From Ruminiclostridium sp. (GTDB lineage Bacteria > Bacillota > Clostridia > Oscillospirales > Ruminococcaceae), in NCBI GenBank assembly GCA_017635095.1, contig JAGBMA010000092.1:30994-94993 (forward strand): a DNA stretch of 64,000 nt, read 5' to 3'. Below the pieces are notes generated by a model. It ran no database searches, had not been told where the DNA came from, and saw only the letters and a list, made by a program, of their open reading frames with translations. Numbering within the stretch: the stretch's first letter is position 1; every line of letters begins with the position of its first letter. The position numbers and the translations under genes were made by a program. This document shows positions 35,340 through 46,552 of this stretch, piece after piece.

Positions 35340-36338
35340 ATGATAGAAGTCAGGCATCTGACAAAGAGCTACGGTCCCAAGAAGGCTGTGAATGACATAT
35401 CGTTCACAGCGGAAGAGGGCCAGGTGCTCGGGTTCCTCGGTCCGAACGGCGCGGGGAAATCAACCACAATGAACATTCTTACGGGCTATATTTCCTCTAC
35501 CGAGGGACAGGCTTTCATCAACGGTGTCGATATACTCGAAGACCCGATCAAGGCGAAAAGCTTCATAGGCTATCTGCCGGAGCAGCCTCCGCTTTACTTC
35601 GACATGACCGTTGACGAGTACCTTAGCTTTGTGTACAGCCTGAAAAAATGCAAGCTTCCGAAAAAATCGCATCTCAACGAGATCTGTGATATCGTGAAGC
35701 TCGGCGACGTCCGCGGGCGTCTCATAAAGAACCTCTCCAAAGGTTACAAGCAGCGTGTGGGCTTTGCCCAGGCTCTTGTGGGTAACCCGAAAGTCCTCAT
35801 TCTCGACGAGCCCACCGTCGGTCTCGACCCCAAGCAGATAATCGAGATACGCACGCTCATAAAGCGGCTCGGCAAGAACCATACCGTGATACTTTCCTCC
35901 CATATCCTGCCGGAGGTACAGGCGGTCTGTGACCGTATCGTTGTCATAAACAAGGGGCGTATCGTTGCCAACGACAACGCCGATACGCTTGCACGCAACC
36001 TCTCCGCGGATCACAAGCTCGTACTTCACATAGAAGGCGGAAGCGACGAGATAAAGAAGATACTCACGTCCATAGGCGATGTTGAGCGCGTTTTCGTCGG
36101 CAGACAGGTCGATGAGCGTGTCTATGAATACCACGTCGAGGCAAAGGAAGGCGTGGATGTGCGCCGCGACATATTCAAAAAGCTTGCCGCGCGCAATTAC
36201 CCGATACTGCTCATGCGCTCGAACGAGCTTTCCCTTGAGGAAGTGTTCCTGAAACTCACCACCGGCGACGAGTACGGCGGAGCGGAGAAGCTCGAAACGA
36301 AATTTGACCGCATGGAGAAAGGAGAGGAGAGCAAGTGA
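35340..36338 (+). CDS. ABC transporter ATP-binding protein
   Basis: GPNGAGKST (Walker A), LSKGYKQRV (signature) and LILDEPTVGLD (Walker B). Confidence 0.9.
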   Translation: MIEVRHLTKSYGPKKAVNDISFTAEEGQVLGFLGPNGAGKSTTMNILTGYISSTEGQAFINGVDILEDPIKAKSFIGYLPEQPPLYFDMTVDEYLSFVYSLKKCKLPKKSHLNEICDIVKLGDVRGRLIKNLSKGYKQRVGFAQALVGNPKVLILDEPTVGLDPKQIIEIRTLIKRLGKNHTVILSSHILPEVQAVCDRIVVINKGRIVANDNADTLARNLSADHKLVLHIEGGSDEIKKILTSIGDVERVFVGRQVDERVYEYHVEAKEGVDVRRDIFKKLAARNYPILLMRSNELSLEEVFLKLTTGDEYGGAEKLETKFDRMEKGEESK

Positions 36339-37039
36339 CAGCTATAATGAAGCGGGAACTTTCCGCGTATTTCAAATCCCCGATAGGCTACGTCTTTATC
36401 GCAGTTTCCTTCCTCTTCTCGGGATTTTTCTTCTGGTTCTTTACGCTGAGCGTGGGCAGCACCGACGTTTCCACAGTGTTCCTCGGAATGTTCTACGTTT
36501 ACATGATATTTGTGCCGGTGCTGACAATGCGTCTTATGGCGGACGAGAACAAGCAGCGCACCGACCAGCTCTTACTCACCGCGCCGGTGGGGCTGATGCG
36601 GCTCGTTGCGGGCAAGTTCCTCTCGGCGTACTGCGTGTTTATGCTCGGCGATATAGTAATGCTGATCTACGGCGTTGTTATGAGCTTTTTCGCGAGTGTG
36701 AACTGGGCGATAATTCTCGGCAACTTCTGTGCCCTCGCGCTTATAGGTGCAGTCTTCGTATCTGCGGGGCTGTTCGTTTCGACCCTTACCGAGAGCCAGA
36801 TGGTGGCGGCGATAGGCTCCATAGCCCTCAATGTGGCGCTTGCGCTCATAAACGTCATCTCCTCGGTCATTCCCGTGCAGTTCATCTCCGATGCGCTCCG
36901 CGGAATATCCGTATTTGACCGTTACTATGAGTTCACCACAGGCATATTCAGCCTCAGCGGAGTGATCTTCTTCATCAGTGTGGTCGTGGTCTTCATGTTC
37001 CTCACCGTCCGCGTTCTTGAGCGCCGCCGTTGGGCATAA
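36335..37039 (+). CDS. ABC-2 type transporter permease (GldF-like)
   Basis: The N-terminus KRELSAYFKSPIGYVFIAVSFLF and six TM segments. It overlaps the ATPase gene by 4 nt. Confidence 0.8.
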   Translation: MTAIMKRELSAYFKSPIGYVFIAVSFLFSGFFFWFFTLSVGSTDVSTVFLGMFYVYMIFVPVLTMRLMADENKQRTDQLLLTAPVGLMRLVAGKFLSAYCVFMLGDIVMLIYGVVMSFFASVNWAIILGNFCALALIGAVFVSAGLFVSTLTESQMVAAIGSIALNVALALINVISSVIPVQFISDALRGISVFDRYYEFTTGIFSLSGVIFFISVVVVFMFLTVRVLERRRWA

Positions 37040-37159
37040 GGCCGCCCTCGGCATTGCCCTCGCCCTGCGCTCCGGCTGAGCGTTCCCCCGGAACTGAGCC
37101 GGGACGATAACTTATGACAGAATGACTGCAAAAAAGCCCGATAAAAGGAGCAGATACAA

Positions 37160-38845
37160 ATGGCAGAAAACGAAGAGATAAAGAAAGATACCGCCGAAGA
37201 AGTGCAGGAGACTGCACCCGACACGGCGGAGGAAATAAAGGAAGATACGGCTACGGAGCAGGCTCCCGAGGCACAGAGCCCGGAGGAGACTGCTCCGGAG
37301 AAGCCGAAGAAAAAAAGCGGTAATCCGTTCAGAAGCAAAAAGTTCAGGCACGGCACACTCTCTGTGGTATTCACCGTGATCTTTGTTGCGGCGGTAGTGC
37401 TGGTAAATGTTGTCATTGACCTTGTTCTTGAGCGCTTCAACGTCGAAGCCGACCTCACCACAGGCGCGATCTTCACTCTCGGCGAAGAGACCGAGGAATA
37501 TATCCGGAGCGTTGACGACGATGTGACTTTCTACGTCACTGCCGAGAGGGAAGCCCTCAACAATGCCGGCAACAATTACAAGCAGACTGTTGAATATCTC
37601 GACAAGATGACGGTCCTCAACCGCCGCTTCAAGGTGCAGTACGTCAACCTGCTCACAGACCCGGACTTCTCCAAGGATTACGAGGAAGACCTGAAAAACT
37701 ACCAGATCATAGTAAAGAGCGGAAAGACCGGAAGATACCGGGTCGTTTCCATCAACGACTTCATGAGGTACACCCTCAGCGACGGCAATACCTACGGCTA
37801 CGAAGAAGCGAGTATGTATGTGAACTACTACGGCTACACAGTCTCGGGCTATTCGAGCGTAGCCGAGGAGGAGATCGTTTCGGCGGTGCAGTCCGTATCA
37901 CTTGATGACCCGACGGTAGTTACATTCCTGACGGGCTACGGCGAATCCGACAGCTCTCCCCTTGAGCAGATACTGACTGCCAACGCTTATGTTACCCAGA
38001 CGGCAGAGATAGACCGCATCGAGGCTGTCCCGGAAAACACCGACATTCTTGTGATCCACGGCCCCACAAAGGATTACAGCAACGACGCGGTGAACAAGGT
38101 CGATGAATGGCTCTCGAACGGCGGCAAGTACGGCAAGGATCTTGTGTTCATAGCGAGCGCGGACGCCGCGGACACTCCGAACCTTGACGAATATCTTGCG
38201 GAATGGGGTCTTGAGATCGGAAAGGGCTATGTGCTCCAGACCGACACAGACCATGTTTACTACACCGGCTCGGCGCTGCCGCTCATGCAGGATCTTGAGA
38301 TAAAGACGGACACCGACTACTATGAGAACATGAAGATCTCGTCATCGTCGAAGCTCGTTGTATATCCCGTCCGTCCGGTAATAAGCCTTTGGGAGAACAA
38401 GGGCAACTTCGCAAACAAGCCGCTTGTTTCCTCTTATGGTGAAAAGTGCCTGCTTTATCCCTTCACGGCGGACGAGAACTGGAACCCCTCGGAAGCGGAA
38501 CTCAAAGGCTACGACGCGGTTGTAGAAGCTTCCAAGGTGCAGTTCGAAGGCGGCACAGTGCCCGTTTACAGCAAGATAGTGGCTGTGGGAAGCGACCAGT
38601 TCTTCGCGTCCTACTACACCACCGCCTCAAACTACAGCAACGGTGAGCTTGCACTTACGCTTTTCGATACAAACTCCGGACAGGGCGGCAACAAGATAAA
38701 GATAGTTGAAAAGCCGTTCACAGCGGAGACCTATCAGATCGACCGCAGCACCCAGCTTGCAATAGGCATAACATTCGTGGCCGTGATACCGATCATCATT
38801 ATAGTTGCAGGCATAATCGTATGGGCAAGGAGAAGAAGGCTTTAA
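37160..38845 (+). CDS. GldG-family ABC-transporter auxiliary protein
   Basis: An acidic N-terminus with N- and C-terminal TM anchors flanking a large extracytoplasmic domain. The architecture and gene order are typical of GldG-like proteins. Confidence 0.65.
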   Translation: MAENEEIKKDTAEEVQETAPDTAEEIKEDTATEQAPEAQSPEETAPEKPKKKSGNPFRSKKFRHGTLSVVFTVIFVAAVVLVNVVIDLVLERFNVEADLTTGAIFTLGEETEEYIRSVDDDVTFYVTAEREALNNAGNNYKQTVEYLDKMTVLNRRFKVQYVNLLTDPDFSKDYEEDLKNYQIIVKSGKTGRYRVVSINDFMRYTLSDGNTYGYEEASMYVNYYGYTVSGYSSVAEEEIVSAVQSVSLDDPTVVTFLTGYGESDSSPLEQILTANAYVTQTAEIDRIEAVPENTDILVIHGPTKDYSNDAVNKVDEWLSNGGKYGKDLVFIASADAADTPNLDEYLAEWGLEIGKGYVLQTDTDHVYYTGSALPLMQDLEIKTDTDYYENMKISSSSKLVVYPVRPVISLWENKGNFANKPLVSSYGEKCLLYPFTADENWNPSEAELKGYDAVVEASKVQFEGGTVPVYSKIVAVGSDQFFASYYTTASNYSNGELALTLFDTNSGQGGNKIKIVEKPFTAETYQIDRSTQLAIGITFVAVIPIIIIVAGIIVWARRRRL

Positions 38846-40380
38846 TGGGAAAGAACGCAAAGATCATCATATTCTCGCTTATAGGGCTCGCAGTCCTCGG
38901 CGGCGTTGCGGCGCTGCTGATGCTGACTGCGCCGGAACAGAAGGCTCCGGCGGAGAACAATGACTTCAAAGAGCCCGTGACCGCCTCCGACAGCGCCGAC
39001 CTTACGCTTTGCAAGAGAGACGAGAAGGATATCGTAAGCGTGGAGATCACCAACGATTCCGGAACTTACAGCATCACCCCGAGCGGCAATACCGACTCCG
39101 AGGGCAGCATAATATGGACGATCGCGGATATCGCTTCCGCCCCCCTCAATTCATCGGCTCTTTCGACTGCGGCGGGGTATGCCGCGGAATTCGACGCGAA
39201 GGAGTTCGCCGAGACCGTTGCGGACAGCTCCGAGCTTGCAAAATACGGGCTCGATAAGCCTGTCGCGCAGTTCAGGACCACGTTCACCGACGGAAGTACG
39301 TTTGAACTTAAAGTAGGCAGCGAAGTGCCCAATACCGCTTCGTCGGTATATGTCACACCGGACGGAAAGGACGTTTACACTGCATATAAGAGCCGCACCA
39401 GCAGCTACACCGGAAGCAAGTACAGTTTCGTGAGCCTGTCTGTGATGCCGGCGTATGACCAGAACAGCGGCGAAGAGGTCATGAAAATGACCATAGAGCG
39501 CACGGATCTTGACAAGCCTATAGCTATCGAGAACATAATCCCCGAATCCGAGGATGCGATACAGGTCTATTCCTACCGCATGACAAGTCCGTACACAGCT
39601 TACGTCGATCTTACCGAGGGTCCGAAGTTCGCTTACAGCGTCTTCGGGCTGAACGCGGCAAGTGTGTACAGCCTTGACGGTGACAGCACCGATCTGAGTG
39701 CGCTGGGGTTTGACGCGCCCCTCATAAAGGCTTCGGTAGAAACGAATGTAAAAACCTACACTCTTACCATAGGCTCGTCGATCTATGAGACGAGAACGGA
39801 CGATGACGGAAACGAGAGAAGCGTTTTTGCAGGCTGCTACGCCATGTCCAGCGAGCACCCGGGTATCGTGTATATACTTGCCCCCGAAAGCGTGAACGGG
39901 TTCGGGATAGCTCCGTCGGCGCTCATATCCAAGCTGTTCCTGATGCCATACATCTATGACCTTGAGTCCATTGAGTACAGCGATAACACAGACCGTAAGC
40001 TCGATATAGGCATAAAGCTCATCGAGGCTCCCGAAGCCAATAAGGAAGAAGTGAGTGAGTTCACGGTCAACGGCGAGAAATGGGACGATACGGCGTTCAA
40101 GAACCTTTACCAGTACCTTATCTCCTGCGCGGGCGAGGAACTCTATCTCGACAGCGAAAAAGGCGGGTTCATAGCCGAGATCGTGTACAACTACACCGAC
40201 AAGGCGGACGGCATCAACGGAAAGGACGTTGTGCGGCTTTACGAATCGGAGAATGACCGCAAAGTCATTATCGAGCTCAACGGTGAGAACCTGTTCAAGA
40301 CCCGCCGTCTCTATGCAACTCAGCTCTTCGCAAATATCGAAAGCTTCCTCTCCGGCGGTGAGATCACGCTTACCTATTGA
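38845..40380 (+). CDS. DUF4340-like protein (N-terminal TM anchor, large extracytoplasmic domain)
   Basis: The start is a TAATG overlap with the GldG stop, preceded by AAGGAG. It occupies the usual position after GldG in this module. The ORF-track start at 38821 is an alternative. Confidence 0.55.
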   Translation: MGKNAKIIIFSLIGLAVLGGVAALLMLTAPEQKAPAENNDFKEPVTASDSADLTLCKRDEKDIVSVEITNDSGTYSITPSGNTDSEGSIIWTIADIASAPLNSSALSTAAGYAAEFDAKEFAETVADSSELAKYGLDKPVAQFRTTFTDGSTFELKVGSEVPNTASSVYVTPDGKDVYTAYKSRTSSYTGSKYSFVSLSVMPAYDQNSGEEVMKMTIERTDLDKPIAIENIIPESEDAIQVYSYRMTSPYTAYVDLTEGPKFAYSVFGLNAASVYSLDGDSTDLSALGFDAPLIKASVETNVKTYTLTIGSSIYETRTDDDGNERSVFAGCYAMSSEHPGIVYILAPESVNGFGIAPSALISKLFLMPYIYDLESIEYSDNTDRKLDIGIKLIEAPEANKEEVSEFTVNGEKWDDTAFKNLYQYLISCAGEELYLDSEKGGFIAEIVYNYTDKADGINGKDVVRLYESENDRKVIIELNGENLFKTRRLYATQLFANIESFLSGGEITLTY

Positions 40381-40432
40381 GCGCGAATGAAGCATAAGAA
40401 AAATTTTCCTGCAAAAAATTTTGAAAAACCTC

Positions 40433-40461
40433 TTGACAAATCGAAGATCATGTGGTAATAT
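40433..40461 (+). promoter_or_regulatory. sigma-A-type promoter (TTGACA-17-TAATAT with an upstream TG)
   Basis: Read directly from the sequence. It lies upstream of the T-box leader. Confidence 0.5.
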
Positions 40462-40467
40462 AATTAC

Positions 40468-40746
40468 AAATTTAAACCGTTGATGCGGAGATAAAGATGA
40501 TGTATGACTCAACAGAGAGTCCGGGAAGGTGAGAGCCGGACGTGACACAGCTCATCAAATGGCCCGCAGAGGGCGCAGTCGGATAAGGGCGGAAGCCTCC
40601 GGATAAACTGCGACGTGATGGCATACGTCAGTTGCCTGGGATATGATGGTATCCTGTAAAGTGCACAGCGCAGGCTGTGAATCAAGGTGGCACCGCGGGT
40701 ATATTCCCGTCCTTGACTTATTTAGTCAGGGACGGGTTTTTTGTTT
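40468..40746 (+). promoter_or_regulatory. T-box riboswitch leader, tryptophan-specific
   Basis: Stem I elements (AGAGAG...GGTGAGA). A candidate UGG specifier lies at 40560-40562. The conserved T-box AATCAAGGTGGCACCGCGGG lies at 40680-40699. The terminator is CCCGTCCTTGACT-5 nt-AGTCAGGGACGGG followed by a T-run (40706-40746). Confidence 0.85.
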
Positions 40747-40782
40747 TTACGCCTGGCGCGTAATGAAAGAAAGGAAAAGAAA

Positions 40783-42258
40783 ATGTGCAGCTTCACACCG
40801 GATCTCGAAACGATAAAGCGCTGTGCCGCAGAGGGAAAATACAGCGTCTATCCCGTGAGCGCGGAGATGCTCTCCGATATGTTCACGCCGCTCAGGGTGC
40901 TCAGTATCCTGAAAAATGTCTCAACTCACGTCTATATGCTCGAATCGGTCTCGGCGCAGGCTGAGTGGGGACGCTATACGTTCCTCGGATATGAGCCGAA
41001 GATGTCCCTCGCCTGTGTGGACGGCGAGCTTAAAGCCGATGACATCACCATGAAGACAGATGACCCGTCGGGCTGCATCAGGGAGCTTCTTGCAAGATAC
41101 AAAAGCCCGAAGATAAGCGGGCTTCCCGCATTCACCGGCGGGCTCGTGGGATATTTCTCCTTCGATTTCCTTAACTACAGCGAGCCGTCGATAAAGACCG
41201 ACACCGTGGATACGGAGAACTTCAAGGACGTGGATCTGATGCTTTTCGATAAGGTGATCGCGTTCGACAATTCGCTGCAGAAGCTCATCTTTATCGCAAA
41301 TATGCGGCTTGACGACCCCGACAGCCTCGAAACGGAATACAACCGCGCAAAGCGTGAGATAATGAACATGATCGACCTCGTTACCAACGGTGAACGCAAA
41401 CGTGAGCCGTCGGGACGCATAACCGGTGAGATAACGCCTCTTTTCGACAAGGACACCTACTGCGGAATGGTCGAGAAGGCAAAGAATTACATCAGAGAGG
41501 GCGATATATTCCAGATCGTGCTCTCAAACCGCCTGAGCGCCCCGTTCGAGGGCAGTCTCCTCGGCACATACCGGATGCTCCGCACAATAAATCCGTCGCC
41601 GTATATGTTCTATTTCTCCGGTACGGACGTGGAGGTTGCCGGTGCATCTCCCGAGACTCTCGTGAAGCTCGAAAACGGCGTGCTGCACACATTCCCGCTT
41701 GCGGGAACGAGACCCCGCGGTACGACCCCGGAAGAGGACAGGGAGCTCGAAGAGGAGCTTCTCCGGGACGAAAAGGAGCTTGCAGAACACAATATGCTTG
41801 TAGATCTCGGACGCAACGATCTCGGCAGGATAAGCCGCTTCGGTACGGTAGAGGTGGAGGAACTCCACAAGATAGAGCGCTTCTCACACGTCATGCACAT
41901 AGGTTCTACCGTAAGAGGCGTGATCCGTGAGGATAAGGACGCGATCGACGCGATAAACTCGGTGCTTCCCGCAGGAACGCTTTCGGGAGCGCCAAAAATA
42001 CGCGCCTGCAGGCTCATAAACGAACTTGAGAACAACAAACGCGGCATCTACGGCGGTGCCATAGGCTACATAGCTTTCAACGGCGACATGGATACCTGCA
42101 TCGCCATAAGGATAGCGTACAAGAAGAACGGTACGGTCTTTGTACGAAGCGGCGCGGGGATAGTGGCGGATTCCGTTCCGGAAAACGAATACAACGAATG
42201 CATAAACAAGGCAAAAGCAGTGATAAACGCTTTAAACAGGGCAGGTGATCTCGAATGA
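40783..42258 (+). CDS. trpE: anthranilate synthase component I
   Basis: LSNRLSAPF, NPSPYMFYF, GTRPRG and GAIGY are TrpE motifs. The ATG at 40783 follows AAAGGAAAAG. Confidence 0.92.
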   Translation: MCSFTPDLETIKRCAAEGKYSVYPVSAEMLSDMFTPLRVLSILKNVSTHVYMLESVSAQAEWGRYTFLGYEPKMSLACVDGELKADDITMKTDDPSGCIRELLARYKSPKISGLPAFTGGLVGYFSFDFLNYSEPSIKTDTVDTENFKDVDLMLFDKVIAFDNSLQKLIFIANMRLDDPDSLETEYNRAKREIMNMIDLVTNGERKREPSGRITGEITPLFDKDTYCGMVEKAKNYIREGDIFQIVLSNRLSAPFEGSLLGTYRMLRTINPSPYMFYFSGTDVEVAGASPETLVKLENGVLHTFPLAGTRPRGTTPEEDRELEEELLRDEKELAEHNMLVDLGRNDLGRISRFGTVEVEELHKIERFSHVMHIGSTVRGVIREDKDAIDAINSVLPAGTLSGAPKIRACRLINELENNKRGIYGGAIGYIAFNGDMDTCIAIRIAYKKNGTVFVRSGAGIVADSVPENEYNECINKAKAVINALNRAGDLE

Positions 42259-42821
42259 TACTTCTTATTGACAACTACGACAGCTTTTCATACAACCTCT
42301 ACCAGTACATCGGTGAGATCGAGCCGGATATCAGAGTGGTGCGAAACGACGAGATTACAGTCGAAGAGATACTCGCGCTCGCGCCGGACAGGATCATCAT
42401 CTCCCCGGGTCCCGGAAGACCGGAGGACGCGGGAAATATCATCGAAGCTGCCCGTGAGGCGGGAAAGACGATCCCGACACTCGGCGTCTGCCTCGGCCAT
42501 CAGGCGATATGCGCGGCTTTCGGCGCAAAGATAGGCTATGCGAAGAAGCTCATGCACGGTAAGCAGTCCGAGGTCACCTTCGACCTCCGTTGCCCGCTTT
42601 TTGCAGGGCTCCCGGAAAAAGCGCCGGTCGCGCGTTATCATTCGCTTGCCGCCGACGAGAGCACCATGCCGGACTGTCTCAGAGTAACGGCGCGTACAGC
42701 CGACAACGAGATCATGGCGGTATGTCATGCGGAATACCCGATCTTCGGTGTTCAGTTCCACCCCGAGTCCATTATGACACCGGACGGTAAGCAGATGCTC
42801 AGGAATTTTATTGCAGTGTGA
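42255..42821 (+). CDS. trpG: anthranilate synthase component II (glutamine amidotransferase)
   Basis: MILLIDNYDSFSYNLYQY, GVCLGHQ and FGVQFHPES. Confidence 0.92.
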   Translation: MILLIDNYDSFSYNLYQYIGEIEPDIRVVRNDEITVEEILALAPDRIIISPGPGRPEDAGNIIEAAREAGKTIPTLGVCLGHQAICAAFGAKIGYAKKLMHGKQSEVTFDLRCPLFAGLPEKAPVARYHSLAADESTMPDCLRVTARTADNEIMAVCHAEYPIFGVQFHPESIMTPDGKQMLRNFIAV

Positions 42822-42923
42822 AGCGGCTATACCGCTTCGTGCAGATCAATCGGATACTCTTCGGCGGGAGATAGACCGCTGAAACAAACAACCATACAAC
42901 CATTCATACAGGAGGACACGAAA

Positions 42924-43943
42924 ATGATAAAGGAAGCTATAGTAAAGATAGTTCAGAAGCAGGATCTCACATATGATGAGGCATATACCGTCATGAACGA
43001 GATAATGAGCGGAGAGACCACTCCTACACAGAACGCGGCGTTCTTAGCGGCACTCTCCACGAAAAGCGCAAAGGCAGAGACCATAGATGAGATATCCGGC
43101 TGTGCGGCAGCCATGAGAGATCACGCGACAAAGGTCGAACATGACTTCGATGTGCTTGAAATAGTAGGTACCGGCGGAGACAATGCCGGAAGTTTCAATA
43201 TTTCTACCACTTCCGCAATGGTGATCGCAGCCGCGGGAGTAAAGGTGGCAAAGCACGGCAACCGCGCTGCTTCGTCTAAATGCGGCGCCGCGGATTGTCT
43301 CGAAGCTCTCGGCGTTAATATAGACCTCTCGCCCGACAAGTGCCGGGAGCTTCTCGACAAGGCGGGGATATGCTTCTTCTTCGCACAGAAGTACCACACG
43401 TCTATGAAATATGTGGGCGCTATACGCAGGGAACTCGGTTTCCGCACGGTCTTCAATATCCTCGGGCCGCTCACTAATCCTGCAAGCCCGCAGTACATCG
43501 TACTCGGCGTATATGACGACTATCTCGTTGAGCCTATAGCACAGGTACTTACGACGCTCGGAATGAAGCGGGGAATGGTCGTTTTCGGCATGGACAAGCT
43601 CGATGAGATCTCTCTCAGCTCACCTACGAAGGTCTGCGAGTTCAATGAGGGCTGGTACAAGACCTATACCATAAAGCCCGAGGATTTCGGATTTGCGCAG
43701 TGTGACAAGTCCGAGCTCGTAGGCGGTACGCCCGAAGAAAACGCGAAGATCACCCGCGATATCCTTGAGGGCAGGGACAAGGGCAGCAAGCGAAACGCCG
43801 TGCTGATGAACGCGGGGGCTGCAATATATGTCGGCGGAGCTGCTCCGACATTCGCAGACGGCGTAAAGAAAGCAGCCGAGATGATCGACAGCGGCAAGGC
43901 ACTTGATGTGCTCAACAGATTTGTTGAAATATCGAACGAGTGA
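42924..43943 (+). CDS. trpD: anthranilate phosphoribosyltransferase
   Basis: [18 protein letters not shown] and [15 protein letters not shown]. Confidence 0.92.
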   Translation: MIKEAIVKIVQKQDLTYDEAYTVMNEIMSGETTPTQNAAFLAALSTKSAKAETIDEISGCAAAMRDHATKVEHDFDVLEIVGTGGDNAGSFNISTTSAMVIAAAGVKVAKHGNRAASSKCGAADCLEALGVNIDLSPDKCRELLDKAGICFFFAQKYHTSMKYVGAIRRELGFRTVFNILGPLTNPASPQYIVLGVYDDYLVEPIAQVLTTLGMKRGMVVFGMDKLDEISLSSPTKVCEFNEGWYKTYTIKPEDFGFAQCDKSELVGGTPEENAKITRDILEGRDKGSKRNAVLMNAGAAIYVGGAAPTFADGVKKAAEMIDSGKALDVLNRFVEISNE

Positions 43944-43947
43944 GAAT

Positions 43948-44736
43948 ATGGAAAATATACTTGAAAAGATCGCGGAAAGCACCCGCAGACGGGTTGAGGC
44001 TGCAAAAAAGAGCGTTTCCGCTGAGGAAATGAAGGAAGCGGCGCTTGGATCGCCGAAGCTCGGATATACCTTCGAGAAAGCGCTTAAAAAGCCGGATATC
44101 GCGTTTATATGCGAGTGCAAGAAAGCGTCGCCGTCGAAAGGCATCATTGCCGCAGATTTCCCGTACATGAAGATAGCGCGGGAGTATGAAGCCGCCGGTG
44201 CAGACTGCATAAGCGTGCTGACAGAGCCGGAATACTTTCTTGGCAGCCCGCAATACCTGCGTGAGATAGCGGCGGGTGTGCAGATACCCTGTATCCGTAA
44301 GGATTTTGTGGTCGATGAGTACATGATATACGAGGCGAGAACTCTCGGGGCGGCGGCAGTGCTGCTCATCTGCTCGATACTTGGGTCTGAGCGGCTCCGG
44401 GAATACATCGGTATATGTGACACGCTCGGGCTCTCGGCGCTGGTGGAGGCTCACGACGAAGCCGAGGTGCGAATGGCGCTTGAGGCAGGCGCTCGGGTTA
44501 TAGGAGTGAACAACCGCGACCTGAAAAACTTCTCGGTAAGCACCGACAACGCGGTGAAGCTCAGAAAGCTCGTCCCGGACAGCGCAGTGTTCGTGGCGGA
44601 AAGCGGGATAAAGACTGCCGCGGATATGGCTGTGCTGCGGGAAGCGGGAGTTGACGCGGTGCTTATCGGCGAGACGCTTATGCGGGCGGAAGATAAGACC
44701 GCGAAGCTGAAAGAACTGAAAGGAGAGACGGAATGA
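43948..44736 (+). CDS. trpC: indole-3-glycerol phosphate synthase
   Basis: FICECKKASPSKG, IRKDF, LVEAHD, GVNNRDL and ESGI. Confidence 0.9.
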   Translation: MENILEKIAESTRRRVEAAKKSVSAEEMKEAALGSPKLGYTFEKALKKPDIAFICECKKASPSKGIIAADFPYMKIAREYEAAGADCISVLTEPEYFLGSPQYLREIAAGVQIPCIRKDFVVDEYMIYEARTLGAAAVLLICSILGSERLREYIGICDTLGLSALVEAHDEAEVRMALEAGARVIGVNNRDLKNFSVSTDNAVKLRKLVPDSAVFVAESGIKTAADMAVLREAGVDAVLIGETLMRAEDKTAKLKELKGETE

Positions 44737-45344
44737 TGACAAGGATCAAGATCTGCGGTATAATGCGTGAGCAGGACTGTGATGTTCTTAACGAAGTTCT
44801 CCCCGATCTTGCGGGATTCATCTTCTGGAAAAAGAGCCGCCGCTGCATAACCCGGGAAGCCGCTCTCCGGTTCAGAGACCGGATCGACAGACGGATAAAG
44901 ACAGTCGGCGTGTTCGTTGACGAGGACATAGACACGATATGCGATATAGCCCGTTCCGGCGCTGTGGACGTGATCCAGCTCCACGGTAACGAGTCGGAGG
45001 AGACTGTGGAGCAAGTGAAAACACTTACGGGAATCCCTGTTATAAAGGCGTTCACGGTGAAAAGTGCGGCGGACATAGATCCGGCGATGAAGTCCGGAGC
45101 GGATATGCTGCTTCTCGACAACGGCCGCGGCACCGGCGAGAGCTTCGACTGGGACAACCTTGACGATGTTGACAGGCTATACTACCTTGCCGGAGGGCTT
45201 GCACCGGAGAATGTGGGGGCTGCAATAACCCGCTACACACCCTACGGGGTCGATGTGAGCTCCGGGGTCGAGACGAACGGACAGAAGGATCCCGATAAGA
45301 TAAGACGCTTTGTGCAGGCTGTAAGGATCGCGGCAGGCGAATAA
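44733..45344 (+). CDS. trpF: phosphoribosylanthranilate isomerase
   Basis: RIKICGI, VIQLHG, GTGESFDW, LAGGL and GVDVSSGVE. Confidence 0.9.
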   Translation: MMTRIKICGIMREQDCDVLNEVLPDLAGFIFWKKSRRCITREAALRFRDRIDRRIKTVGVFVDEDIDTICDIARSGAVDVIQLHGNESEETVEQVKTLTGIPVIKAFTVKSAADIDPAMKSGADMLLLDNGRGTGESFDWDNLDDVDRLYYLAGGLAPENVGAAITRYTPYGVDVSSGVETNGQKDPDKIRRFVQAVRIAAGE

Positions 45345-45367
45345 GAGGAAAGAAAGGATAATGCAAT

Positions 45368-46552
45368 ATGAGCAACGGAAGATTTGGTATTCACGGCGGT
45401 CAGTATATCCCCGAAACGCTGATGAATGCGGTGATAGAGCTTGAAGAAGCATACAACAGATACAAGGACGACCCGCAGTTCAATGCGGAGCTGACCACTC
45501 TTTTCAACGAGTACGCAGGCAGGCCCTCGCGGCTCTACTATGCGGAGAAGCTCACAAAGACCCTCGGGGGAGCGAAAATCTACCTGAAGCGCGAGGATCT
45601 CAACCATACGGGCGCCCATAAGATCAATAACGTGCTCGGTCAGGCTCTTCTCGCAAAGAAAATGGGCAAGACAAGGCTCATAGCAGAGACCGGTGCGGGT
45701 CAGCACGGTGTGGCGACTGCAACGGCAGCAGCTCTTATGGGAATGGAATGTGTGGTATTCATGGGCGAGGAGGATACAAAGCGCCAGGCGCTCAACGTTT
45801 ACCGCATGAAGCTCCTCGGCTCTGAGGTAGTACCGGTAACTACAGGCACCGCGACGCTTAAAGACGCGGTCTCCGAGGCAATGCGGGAGTGGACGAGCCG
45901 TATCTCCGATACACACTACTGCCTTGGTTCGGTAATGGGACCGCACCCCTTCCCCACAATTGTACGCGACTTTCAGGCTGTCATCTCGAAGGAGATAAAG
46001 CAGCAGATCCTTGAGAAAGAGGGAAGACTGCCGGACGCAGTAATGGCTTGCGTCGGCGGCGGCTCGAATGCAATAGGCACATTCTACCATTTCATCAACG
46101 ACCCGTCTGTGCGGCTCATAGGCTGTGAGGCAGCAGGCCGCGGCGTAGATACCTTCGAGACTGCAGCTACGATAGCTACCGGCAAGCTCGGTATATTCCA
46201 CGGCATGAAATCCTATTTCTGCCAGGACGAATACGGTCAGATAGCTCCGGTTTACAGTATCTCCGCCGGACTTGACTACCCGGGTATCGGTCCCGAGCAC
46301 GCTTACCTGCACGATACAGGCCGCGCGGAGTACGTTCCCGTCACCGATGAGGAGGCTGTCAACGCATTTGAGTTCCTTGCAAAGACAGAGGGTATCATAC
46401 CGGCGATAGAATCCGCTCACGCAGTGGCTCACGCCATGAAGATAGCTCCGGAAATGGATAAGGACAAGATAATCGTAATAACGATCTCCGGCCGCGGAGA
46501 CAAGGACTGTGCGGCAATTGCACGATACAGAGGGGAGAATATCTATGAGTAA
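45368..46552 (+). CDS. trpB: tryptophan synthase beta chain
   Basis: [31 protein letters not shown] and GGGSNAIG. Confidence 0.95.
   Translation: MSNGRFGIHGGQYIPETLMNAVIELEEAYNRYKDDPQFNAELTTLFNEYAGRPSRLYYAEKLTKTLGGAKIYLKREDLNHTGAHKINNVLGQALLAKKMGKTRLIAETGAGQHGVATATAAALMGMECVVFMGEEDTKRQALNVYRMKLLGSEVVPVTTGTATLKDAVSEAMREWTSRISDTHYCLGSVMGPHPFPTIVRDFQAVISKEIKQQILEKEGRLPDAVMACVGGGSNAIGTFYHFINDPSVRLIGCEAAGRGVDTFETAATIATGKLGIFHGMKSYFCQDEYGQIAPVYSISAGLDYPGIGPEHAYLHDTGRAEYVPVTDEEAVNAFEFLAKTEGIIPAIESAHAVAHAMKIAPEMDKDKIIVITISGRGDKDCAAIARYRGENIYE

Noticed and set aside
39151-40548. 465-aa ORF on the minus strand
   Set aside because: It is antisense to the DUF4340-like gene and runs into the trp promoter/T-box region. 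It has no recognisable motifs.
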